Below are positions 14,086-26,400 of a stretch of DNA of 64,000 bases, piece after piece (positions within the stretch are counted from its first letter, which is position 1; every line of letters starts with the position of its first letter). The DNA lies in the NCBI GenBank assembly GCA_051294375.1, contig CM119263.1:21374494-21438493 (forward strand). Direction: 5' to 3'. The notes beneath the pieces were generated by a model. The model had not been told where the DNA came from, ran no database searches, and saw nothing but the letters and a program-made list of their open reading frames with translations. Position numbers and translations under genes: made by a program. The stretch comes from Paraspadella gotoi. Taxonomy: Eukaryota; Animalia; Chaetognatha.

Positions 14086-14126
14086 TTCTTTATAGTAGAC
14101 AAAATAATCAATTGAAAGAGAGAAAG

Positions 14127-14166
<40 letters not shown>

Positions 14167-14294
14167 AGAGAGATCCAAACCTTTCTTTTCTCTCAGAGTA
14201 CAGATTCAAAGTCCCTGATATAAATCAATAAAACGAACTCGAGTTTTTGATATCATTTTTAACGATCGAAAAAAAAATACAAGGGTCCAACGCT

Positions 14295-14327
<33 letters not shown>

Positions 14328-14858
14328 CGTCTCTCTTTTTCTCTTACTGCTGTCTAAATAATCTATTTTTAAAAATTTGCCACGCAAACCTATCACAACA
14401 AAAACTCTTTATCACTCTAAAAAATTTTTCCGTCCTTTAAGGTGTGTTGGTGACTTTTTCTAGACAAAAAAAAAAGAAAAAAAAAAGATTTAAAGGTACT
14501 TATAATCTATTCATTTGGGTTGCTGAAGAACAAATATAGAAAAAAGTCAAAACATAGAAAGAAACTTTTTCAAAAAGGGAAGACAGGCTTAATAAACAAA
14601 GACTGGACAAAAATACAAAAAAAAAAAAAAAAAAACGAAGAAAGATAATACAATAATAAAAAAAGCCGGTTTGCCGAGACGCGATCGTAAAGAATTAAGT
14701 TTAGGCAGAACGGTTCATGGAAAACTGGGTCTCGAAGAAAGAAAAAAAAGTAGATTATTATGAAAAAAATTCGTTTATCTCAAATCTTTTATCTGATCGA
14801 CTCAAAAAGTAACGGCATAAAACGAACCTTAGCCTTATAACTGTTAGTGAGAGAAAAG

Positions 14859-14948
<90 letters not shown>

Positions 14949-16138
14949 ATTTACTAAATATTGAAGATCGCCCCAAATTGTATTTAGTAATTAAATAATT
15001 AAATTTATTTAATGATTAGTGATTGATCGATTGATTGACTTACTTTTGGTTGATTAAAAAGTAGTAGACTCAAGTCAAACGCGATGAAATTTTTTCAGAA
15101 GTTTTTTTTTAATTTTGTTTATGTTTTATTTCGACGGTTCGACTTAGTCATTTGGCATTTGACAGTAGAAAAAAAAATAGAGGTAGTGTCGGGTATTAAT
15201 TCCGTCAAAACGACCAACCAAAAAAAATTACATTCAGTCTTCATTTTTGAGTGATCGTCATCGTCTCCGTATTTTTCGAAAGACGTCACTTTCCACGGGC
15301 GTGAACGTCATTTCGGAATCCGTTCCGGCGCGATCGGGCGCGTATTGCGGATGAACGTCGAAGATGGAGAAACGCCAGCGGGGAACGAGATCCCCGGTTT
15401 CATTTTCAGTTCGAAAAATTCGTTCATTTTTCGTTAATTTCAGTTTAATTATTTAGGTTTATTTGTTTATTGGCGTCAAAATAGATCGTTATTGATTCAT
15501 TGATTAATTGATGGATTTCTATTTATGATTGTGTTAATACGCGTTTTTTCAAGGATGCCGCTGGTTTGTTTGCTTCTTTCGCCTCAAAATTCATATCTGG
15601 GAAGTACGAGTGGGAAAAAAAGAGACAATATATTGTTAAAATCATCAGTATGTGTGGGTTTTTTTTCGTCCAAAATAAAAAAAATTTTTAAATTCTTCGG
15701 AATTGGCGTCCAAAAAAGAGAGGCTCGGATCGTAAAATGTTTTACCCAGATCTCTACTCGTTTTACCCGTTTGCTCGAGAGAGCTCGCTCGCATGCATAA
15801 TAATTTTTTTTTTGTTTTTCAAAACCGCTCCAGCGAGGAATGAATCTTCTTTTTTTTTCCTCCTCTCTTTTCACCTCTTTTTTCCTCCTCCTCCTCCTCC
15901 TCCTCCTCTTCTCCTCCTCTTCCTCTCCGACCTCCTCCTCCTCTTCATTCATATTCTTAACAACAATCATTTTCAATTCCGTCGTGTGTTTGAGAAAAGA
16001 GTCGACCAATGGCGTCGCGATCTCCAATGAAAAAAAAACGTTCGCGCACTTTTCTTTTTTACAATTTTTTTGAAGTCAAATGAGGTGGAACTGTGGACGT
16101 AACGGCGGAAGAGAGACACACGCGGGGGGAATGAGAGT

Positions 16139-16202
<64 letters not shown>

Positions 16203-16323
16203 CGTAGAGAATAAAAAAAAAATTATTGGCATACTTTGTAATTAAGAGAAGGAATACTAAGAATTTTAACCCAAACGATTAAGATTATTTATTTACAGNN
16301 NNNNNNNNNNNNNNNNNNNNNNN

Positions 16324-19300
16324 GAGAGAGAGAGCGAGAGGAAAGAGATCTAGAGAAGAGGGGAGAGAGAGATGGAAAGAGAATAGTGGAAGAAACAGGA
16401 GAGGACAGGAGGAGAGGGATGGAGACGAGCGAGCGAGAGGAAGAAAAGGAAGGATAGAAGAAGAAGGCAGAGGTAGGGAGGAGGGGAGAGGGGATGAGGA
16501 GGCGAGGGTGGGAGTGAATAGAGGTACATTAAGAAGCAAAGAAAAAGCGAGAACAAAAAAAAAGGGATAGTGAAGAAATTCTTTCAAGGAAAAAAACTGT
16601 GTCAATTAGGAGGGAGAAGAGTGTTACGGTTATAAGTTAAGAAATTACGGATTTTTCCTGTTACTAGGACAAACAATAACTATTGAATACGTAACTTATT
16701 GGTTTGTACCAATTCATTATAAAAGAAAAGCGATATTTCTTTGGAAAATAAAAATTTCGTTTTTTGGAGTTCTAAGATTTGCGAAGAAGACAAAACTTCG
16801 ATGCGAAGGTGGAGCCAAATCGAAACGCGACAACACGACAAAAACCAACAGGACACAACAGGCGACAACAAGAAAACAAGGAGCCAAACCACGATGCGAA
16901 GGACAAGACCAGAACAACATATGGTCGACCTTACGAAGAAAACAAAGAGAGACTGTCCGCGGCGTGAGGAAGAGGAAAAAGACGTAATGAACCAAGAGGT
17001 AAGAAGACTGGACTTCAGCGTCGGAAGGGAAAAAATGAGAATTACGCAACAACTTGTAAAGATGAAAGGAAAAACGAGCGAAGTTGTGGGAATTTTGGTG
17101 TGGGTAAGTTTCGCGTAAATGACCAGATCAGCTAACGTTGATAATTGAAAAGGTTCCGACTTAAAAACGGCGTTTGCCGATTGTACACGTGTCACAGATT
17201 TTTTTCCACATCTTCTTTCTTCTCTTTTTTTGACCGGTACGCTCGAAAAGTACAAAAGTTGGCGCAACGCCACGGGGAATCGTTGACGCCAATCTGGCTC
17301 CATCACCGACCGCAACTTTCTTTTTTTTCTGTCCCTTTTTTTCCCTTTTCCTTTTTTTTCTTGGCGGAGACTCTTTCGTTCCTTCCGACGAGAAGCCTCG
17401 AATTCGCGCTTTCAAGTGACGAAGTCAAAAAAACTCGAAATACTGGGTAAATCACTTTTCGGCCTTTTTACGACCATTTTTAAGAATCGTCTCCCCAAAA
17501 GGAATCAAGTTGGAAAATAGAAAGAAAGAGGAAAAAATAAGAACTAAAGCGAAATTTCCATTTTTGAAAAATGTATATATTAACTAATTGGTGGATAATT
17601 TAAGAATGTTGTTTTGGTGAATCCAATTCACGTGCCAAAAAGAAAAACATTTACAAACCAAATAACGATTAAACAGAAGCACGAACGATGGTTAATGAAA
17701 AATGAAATGACTCAGAACAATAAAAGGAAACTTTATTTCTGTTTTTTTTTCTTTTTTTATTCCGAGAAGTAGATTGGATGCGGACGAGAAAAAGAAGGAG
17801 AAGGGAGAAATCTTTTTGCCGAATAAATTTAGTGAAAATAGCATTTTTTAAATTGGACGAAAAAAAAATGGATCGGGATTGCGGATTTTTCGCCACTTAC
17901 ATTCGAAATTCCGATTGGAGTAGAATCTTTATTTTTTCTTTTCAATGCCGGAAAATGTAATACAAGTCATTTCGCCAAGAATGCGAAGTTGGAAAGGAAT
18001 ATTTTTTGTTAAAGATTGATTATCCAGATTCCGCTAATTATGAGTTAGAAGAGTATATATTTTAGTATGGTAACAAAGATTCGTAAGTAAGAGTAATTCG
18101 CGGAGGGCGAAAGGGTAAGGTTATGAGGGTAAGTCTTCTCATCTCCGCGGCGATTGTTGAGCATAGGTGGAACGTGGACCATTGTAAAAAAGCTGTAGCT
18201 TCTCACCGTGAGATTGCTGTTCACCAGTGTAGGCCGATCGGCAATCTGTGAATTGGGTGAGATTATCAGGAAATTAAAAAATATTTATGCGACGACCGTA
18301 ACAAAAAAAAAAGTAACAAAAAAGGTAGATTCCTTAACAGAAAAAAGGTTTAATAAACGGGTTTTCATTTTTTCTTGACGATTCAATCCAAATGACGAAA
18401 AGCAATGGGAGATTATGTTTAAAGAGATTTGGATAAAAAAAATAATACAATACGCAAGATGGTATTTAAAAAATTATGAGCGTTCATCCTTCAGGACACG
18501 GAAGAGTAGGATGAGGAAGAGGAGGAGAGGGGAACTAAAAAGGAAAGAAAGGGGGGTCGACAAAGAAAACAGAGTGTACATGTAAGATTAAAGAGTCTCT
18601 ACGACCAACGGCTGTGGGCCTAGTCGAGGTACAAGGTTGCCCTTCCCGAACCAGCAAGAAAAATGGGACTATGAAGACAGATAATGGCGGGAGAAAAAAG
18701 AGGGTCGTCTGCTTCCATACGATTTTGTGAAAAATCGAAAATAGCTTCCCAGGACGCGAAGAAAACATAAAACAATGGGTGGAAACGGAGAGTTTTTTAG
18801 TGGTGTAGCGAGGCCAAACTCTCCTCTCCAAAGTAGAGTTCTGGGTCGATAGAGGCATGACAAACGGATGGAACAAGGCTGACGGAGGTGTCGCATAGGG
18901 CGTTCTTGTGACGCAGTGCTGTCCTCGGCACCCGGAAAGCTATACTTCTTTGTTTAAAGAGATACCACGTGTGTGCACGGATCATGTGTTTTGTCATGGG
19001 CCATGTGGTTACCCATGAGCGCAAGGTGGCAGTCGAAGATACAGCGAATCTGTGGTGGTAAGTCCTCGACCTAGTGCTTGAACTTGTCTGATGTTTCGGT
19101 TTCACGACCGTAGAGGAGGGATTTCCGCCTGAAATGGGAAAAGATAAAGGTGTGAATTTTAAAGAAATAACATGTAGCTCAGTTAACAGAAAAGTAAACA
19201 AAAATAAATTTGATCCCTCACCTCTTTCTAAAGCAGCTTCAATACTCTGGCTTGTTATGATGTTCAGGCATTGGCGGCCGGATGTTAGGGAGACGACCCA

Positions 19301-22300
19301 TGGTACCCGACTCCCGCAAGTACTTGCACAAAAGCAACGGAGAGAAACACCTGCCGAGAGTGGGACTGTGACGGGGGATGCGCCTTAGGACCCCGACGCC
19401 GTACACCGGCGGGGGAAACTTTTGGGTTGGGGTGTTTGGGTTATGCTTGTTTAGTCCACGAGTAGGGTAACCCTTGTGAATCGAATTATGAACTTCCTCT
19501 GGCTCTCTCCATTTTTCCCGAAACCCAGAATATCACTAACGAAAAAAGTCACTGCATACAATCCTAACACTCTCGACAATTAGGTTTCTTCTGTCTTTTG
19601 ATTCTTACTAACCTGCTCTGTATTCTTGGAGTACGTCACGGTGATGCTAGTTATCTTTTGATCAGACTTTTCTTATCAGTCGGCTCGTGTCGACGTCGGT
19701 TTAATTTATCTTTTTTATTTCTTTCGTTTCGCGGTGTCGGTCCCCGCCGCATTCCATTGCTATATAAAAAATCCTCGTAAGTTCAGGGTCGATCTCTCTT
19801 AAAAAATCGATCAACGTCCGGCGGGACGGTTCAACCGCTCCTATCAGTGTCATAAGTCGTTCGATGCCGCGAAAGAGACAGAGCCTACCAGTCCTACTAA
19901 ATCTCCATGACACCCAGGGTCTCCTGATGATCATCTGTTTTTGTTGGCCCTCTGAGTGTTTGAGAGAGATGGGGCTGCGCCAACGCGAGTGTTGCAGGGG
20001 GGGCCGGAGGGTGCGGATATGGGTGGCTTGGTAGTGGAGAAACGGGGGGCGTTAGGGGGGATGGGAAATAATAAGGTATGATGTAATAGTTAGAAAGTAC
20101 GACAATAACTATTCCGCTCTAACCGAGAGATTCGTTAAGGTGGGGCTATAAACTCAAACCCAATCGAAAACGAAACAACAAAAAACGAAAAAAGACGTAG
20201 AGAAGTTAGAGACAGTCAAAACGAACAGTGCCAAACGAACGGGATATGGACTCTCCTACATATAGCACAATGAACTCTCGCTAAAAAAGAATGGTACGAA
20301 ATTGAAGGCTTTGAGATATCACCAGGCACGATTCTTCTTGAGTTTAAAGTGGCGATCAGTTCTCTCGGCCCGAGGAGTAGACGCTCAAAGAGCCGGACCG
20401 TTCGGAGGGAGAGAAAGGGAAGGTCGATTGTGCAGCTGGACGTCGTTTAACCTCCGAAATCAATCTATATGCCTCATACAAATTAAGTAAACAAATATAC
20501 ATTATCAGAAAGAGCAGTAGTGTAATATCCAGACATATCAGACAGATCAAAACTCGATTAGAATAGGGTATTTTTCTTTCAATATATGGATATATCCTGT
20601 GTAAATAATTAAGAGAAAAACGAATATAGATTAAAGGAATAGAGGAGTTGAATCCCCGTAACTACCGAACAAATAGTAATCAACTAGCTCCACTTTGAAA
20701 TCTAGAAGTCATCGGCGTGTGTACCGGCATGGGACGAAATCCTGAATTAATCACCAGGTATCGCGAGTACCGGGGGCAGGCTCTTTCCATGTCTTATGTC
20801 TGCCCCCAACATTCGGCGTCCGTGCAAACGGGGGATCTCAATATTTCCCGCTTGGGAGTGTCCTGATGTTTTTGCGGGATGGTAGGTTGGTACATCGTGC
20901 TTGTGAGCAAGTTCCCACGCGATGTTAGTCGTAGGTCGAGTTGCCAGAAGGGACACTTTGCAAGGCGGAACCCGTCGTATGTCGATGGCAGAGACGGCGA
21001 GCCGGGAGGTGTATGGTGCGACTTCGCTCGGGCGCGGATATTTGAAAGGAGCGTTGGACCAAAACCGACGCACTGCAACGTTTCCGGCCAAGAGCCGCCT
21101 CCCGCCGAGCCCGGCTGCTCCGGGTTCATGTGATATCGAGCGAGATCTCTCCGCGGAACAATATTCATGCGCGGCAGAGCCGGTCATTTTGTACATCGAC
21201 CGTCGCAGCCACGGACTTTTCAGCTATAGTCGTCCGGGCATGGGCTGTGATGGTTGTCCCTCGCAAGGAAAGCTCCATACCGACTCTCGAGGCACGGCCG
21301 CCGAAGGCCATGAGTCTTTCGTTTTAAAAGGTACGCGTCAGCTGTCCGCCTGTTTCCTCTTCGACTGTAGATAGAATAAGTGTAAGAGTATTTTAAAAGG
21401 ATTGATGCTTTTAAAAGAGAAGGAAGACGGAGGAGGGAGAGAGGGAGGAGAGACGGGAGAGGGAGGAGAATAAATGGTAACTGAGAGAGAGAGAGAAATA
21501 AAGTGGTAAAACTCGAAAAGTGACTCAACATTGAATCGTCCTACTTCTCTTCTCAAAAATGGTCCATTCCAACCCTGGGCCTCAAAAAGTGGAGTTAACT
21601 TACTTTTTTTTTCAAACTGAACGAGAGCGAGTTGGGAGCCTCGTGATCTGACGCCTTTGCCGTTTGTTATTTTTTTCTTTCTCATCTTTTTTATTCTTCT
21701 TTACAGGAAGTGGGTGTCGAATAACTTATCGTAATTAAATTAATATTAAAAAGATTAAAGATGCGTTTTAGCTTCGATCATTCATAATGTAAATTGAAAG
21801 TTGTAGAAAATTAGGAATTTTTTTTATATGAGTAGCTTCTAACCGGAGAAAAAAATAAAAAAATTCGTGCAATAGTTTCGGTTAAAGAGCGTGTCAATTT
21901 TTTCAAAAGTCTATCTAATTAATATTAAATGCTTTTCATGAATAGATTAAAATGAATCTGTAAAAAAAGAAGACGCTCTTGCTCCTCTTTTTTTACTATC
22001 GATCTTGTCATATTCTTTTTTAAACTTTTAAGTTTTCTCTTCGAATTTAATTTCACAATATTTTTTCTCTGACGAAAAAAAGTCGACAGTCAACCTTTTT
22101 TTAAATTTTGCTCTTTTTTAAGTGATTCGAGGTTCGATCCTTGTACATACTTAGGAACGAAAGATCGTATATCTTTTTTCTTTATGAAGATAATTTAAAT
22201 AGTAAAAGAAAACGGAGAGCGATTTAAGCCATTTAACGATTTAAATACTTCATATCTCAAGCAACTCATTAAGTACAAATACTGTTTTAGCCCTGCGCAC

Positions 22301-23294
22301 AAACGAAACCTCACCCTCCTTTTGTCACCAGTCATTTTTTCACTTTATTTTCACAAACATAAAAAAATAAACGCATTTATTTCGCAAATTTTTTTTTTTC
22401 GAAATATTTTTTTTCTTTTCTTCTTTGGCGTCAGGGTTTAGTTTGTTTTATTTCAAACTTTTTGACGCTTGATTGACGTTTTAATCAAATTGTGTTTTTC
22501 CTTTGTGAATTTGCATTTTTTTTAAAAAGAAATTATAAAATCTTGCGTAAAACGCAAAAAACCAAGAAGAAGCGGAATGAGTATGAGCAGAGAGAGAGAG
22601 AGATGGACGAGAGAGAGAGAGCAATTGAGAGATGAGAGAGAGCGAAGAGAGACGATGAGATGAGAGGAGGTAAAAAAAACAAAAAGATGTAAAAAGTCGT
22701 GACTTTTATTTGTTTTAAACAATGACGTCATCTTCCTCATTTTTGTGGCCACATCCCTTCTCCTTTCTCTTTCTTTTTTCTTTTTTTTTCTTTTTCCTTT
22801 CTTTTTTTTTACTCATCAAAATCTCATGACAAAATTGGGAGCAAAGAAACCGAGAAGAATTAATAGATTAAGTCATTTAAAATTAGAGTAAATTGTTCGT
22901 AACGGTCTAGTCAGTGCTTTAATGCTGTTTGTATATTATGGCATTGATGTATAATATTTTTTTTAATGTTTTTAGTATGCAGATTCTCCTAGTGTCAACT
23001 GTGATCGTTGATTCATCAAAAGAGACTACAATTTTTTTTTAGTATGAAAATGTACGGGACGCGACACCTTTTACAAATCATGCATTTAATACAATTAAGG
23101 GGTTAATAAGGCAAGAGTTAGATGCCCTACCCATGAAAAAACATCAAATCAGGGGACTTCTTTATAAGACATAGTGAAAGTTACATACGAAAATTCTAAA
23201 AGTCAATTATGAACAACATACCATCAGGAACATTAATTTGTAAAAAAAATTAATTTTTATTTTTTTAATTTTCGCAGTAGGCTATATATATATA

Positions 23295-23354
<60 letters not shown>

Positions 23355-23963
23355 TATTATATATTATATTTGTATAATTTACTTTATAATTTATATTTAT
23401 TTATATTTATCTATTTTATTATTTATCTATATTATATTTATATTTATATATTCCTTATAAAATCTGAAAGATTTCAAAATAAGCTTTTCTTAATTTTGAT
23501 TGCAGATTTGAATTCCTGTCAAAATTTGATAAAAGAAAATAATAAATCATTTTTTAAAAATTTTTCATTAAGTGCGCTTAAAAATTAAAAAAACTATATT
23601 TAATATATAAAGAGTTAATTTTCAGCTTAAAATATAGCCTTTTTCTAATTTTTGACCCCACTTAATGAAGGAATTTTTCAAAAAGAGTTATATTTCTTTT
23701 TAACAACTCCCATTTTATTGACGAATCCAAATCTGCAAAAAAATCTTAGAAATAACTGTTTTGAAATTTTAATATTTATTGGTTTACTACTAGTATAAAT
23801 ATGGCCTACTGCGTAAATTGTAAAATTTATCATAAATTTTTTTATTACACAAATGTTCATTAGTATAATGTTGTTCGTTCCTCACTTTTAGAATTTTAAT
23901 TTAAGTTAAATTTAGAAATTTTACTACGCCTTATTCTTTATAGTAGACAAATAATCAATTGAA

Positions 23964-24010
<47 letters not shown>

Positions 24011-24137
24011 GAGAGAGATCCAAACCTTTCTTTTTCTCTCAGAGTACAGATTCAAAGTCCCTGATATAAATCAATAAAACGAACTCGAGTTTTTGATATC
24101 ATTTTTAACGATCGAAAAAAAATACAAGGGTCCAACG

Positions 24138-24190
<53 letters not shown>

Positions 24191-25829
24191 CTCTTACTGC
24201 TGTCTAAATAAATCTATTTTTAAAAATTTGCCACGCAAACCTATCACAACAAAAAACTCTTTATCACTCTAAAAATTTTTCCGTCCTTTAAGGTGTGTTT
24301 GGTGACTTTTTTCTAGACAAAAAAAAAAAGAAAAAAAAAAGATTTAAAGGTACTTATAATCTAATTCATTTGGGTTGCCTGAAGAACAAAATATAGAAAA
24401 AAGTCAAAACATAGAAAGAACTTTTTCAAATAAGGGAAGACAGGCTTAATAAACCACAAGACTGACAAAAAAATACAAAAAAAAAACGAAGAAAGATAAT
24501 ACAATAATAAAAAAAGCCGGTTTGGCGAGACGCGAATCGTAAAGAAATTAAAGTTTAGGCAGAAACGGGGTTCATGGAAAACTGGGTCTCGGAGAGAAAG
24601 AAAAAAAAAGTAGATTATTATGAAAAAAAATTCGGTTTATTCTCAAATCTTTTATCTGATCGACTCAAAAAGTAATCGGCATAAATCGAACCCTTAGCCC
24701 CTTATTAACTGTTAGCTCGAGAGCAAAAAGAGAGAGCGGAGACGAGAGAGAGAGGAGACGAGAGAGATAAGAGAGGGAGCATAATGGAGGAGAGATGAGA
24801 GAGAGAGAGTGAGATGACGATGAGAGAGAAAAGAGAGAGAGACGGCAAGAGCAAAAATTTACTAAAATATTTGAAGATCGCCCAAATTGTAATTTAGTAA
24901 TTAAATAATTAAATTTATTTTAATGATTAGTGATTGATCGATTGATTGACTTACTTTTGGTTGATTAAAAAGTAGTAGACTCAAGTTCAAACGCGATGAA
25001 ATTTTTTTCAGAAGTTTTTTTAAATTTTGTTTATGTTTTATTTCGACGGTTCGACTTAGTCATTTGGCATTTGACAGTAGAAAAAAAAATAGAGGTAGTG
25101 TCGGTATTTAATTCCGTCAAAACGACCAACCAAAAAAAATTACATTCACGTCTTCATTTTTGAGTGATCGTCATCGTCTCCGTTTTTTCGAAAGACGTCA
25201 CTTTCCACGGGCGTGAACGTCATTTCCGGAATCCGTTTCCGGCGCGATCGGGCGCGTATTGCCGGATGAACGTCGAAGATGGAGAAACGCCAGGCGGAGA
25301 ACGAGATCCCGGTTTCATTTTCAGTTCGAAAATTAGTTCATTTTTCGTTAATTTTCAGTTTAATTAGTTTAGGTTTATTTGTTTGATTTGCGTCAAAATA
25401 GATCGTTAATTGATTCATTGATTAATTGATTGATTTTCTTATTTATGATTTGTGTTAAATACGCGTTTATTTCAAGGATCGCCGCTGGTTTGTTTGCTTC
25501 TTTTGCCTCAAAATTCATATCTGGGAAGTACGAGTGGGAAAAAAAGAGACAATATATTGTTTAAAATCATCAGTATGTGTGGGTTTTTTTTCGTCCAAAA
25601 TAAAAAAAATTCTTTAAATTCTTCCGGAATTAGGCGTCCAAAAAAAAGAGAGGCTCGGATCGTAAAATGTTTGTACCCAGATCTCTACTCGTTTTACCCG
25701 TTTGCTCGAAGAGAGCTCGCTCGCATGCATAATAATTTTTTTGTGTTTTTCAAAAACCGCTCCCAGCGAGGAATGAAACTCTTCTTTTTTTTTCCTCCTC
25801 TCTTTCTCACTCTCTTTTTTTCCTCCTCC

Positions 25830-25862
<33 letters not shown>

Positions 25863-26258
25863 CCGACCTCCTCCTCCTCTTCATTCATATTCTTAAACAA
25901 CAATCATTTCAATTCCGTCGTGTGTTTGAGAAAAGAGTTCGACCAATGGCGTCGCGATCTCCAATGAAAAAAAAACGTTCGCGCACTTTTCTTTTTTACA
26001 AATTTTTTGAAGTCAAATTGAGAGTGCGACTGTGGACGTAACGGCGGAAGAGAGACACCACGCAGCGGGGGAATGAGAGTTAGAGAGAGAGATGAGAGAG
26101 AGAGAGAGAGACGAGAGAAGAAGAGAGAGAGAGAGAGAGAGAGAGAGCGAGGAGAAGAGAGGTAGAGAATAAAAAAAAAAATTATTGGCATACTTTTGTA
26201 ATTAAGAGAAGGAATACTAAGAATTTTAACCCAAACGATTAAGATTATTTATTTACAG
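16324..26258 (+). other. Redundant indel-noisy copy of ~8300-16298 (probable assembly false duplication)
   Basis: 16590-18790 is colinear with 8475-10705, and 21490-26258 with 11505-16298. Differences are mostly 1-2-nt indels. The copies are separated by exactly 25 N (16299-16323). Confidence 0.85.
23165..23933 (+). mobile_element. Duplicate read of the 13289-14085 fold-back MITE (same insertion site)
   Basis: Same flanks and the same ttctttat TSD as the 13289 copy. Lies inside the redundant segment. Confidence 0.85.
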
Positions 26259-26304
26259 AATGACTCCAGCATTGAAAATTAAAATTACAGCTTAAAAGCA
26301 TCGG

Positions 26305-26400
26305 TTTGTGCATCGCAAGCTACTTCCCCTTCCCCGAGAAAAAAAACTGTCAGCTTGCGATCTGACCGCGCGAACTGACCGTACTGACCGACTGCATCCC
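26305..26400 (-). promoter_or_regulatory. Candidate core promoter / regulatory island with Inr-like TCAGT motifs
   Basis: CTGACCG x3 (26362, 26375, 26384) reads GGTCAGT/GGTCAGTT on the minus strand, similar to the insect Inr consensus TCAKTY. CpG-rich, high-complexity sequence amid microsatellites. Confidence 0.3.
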
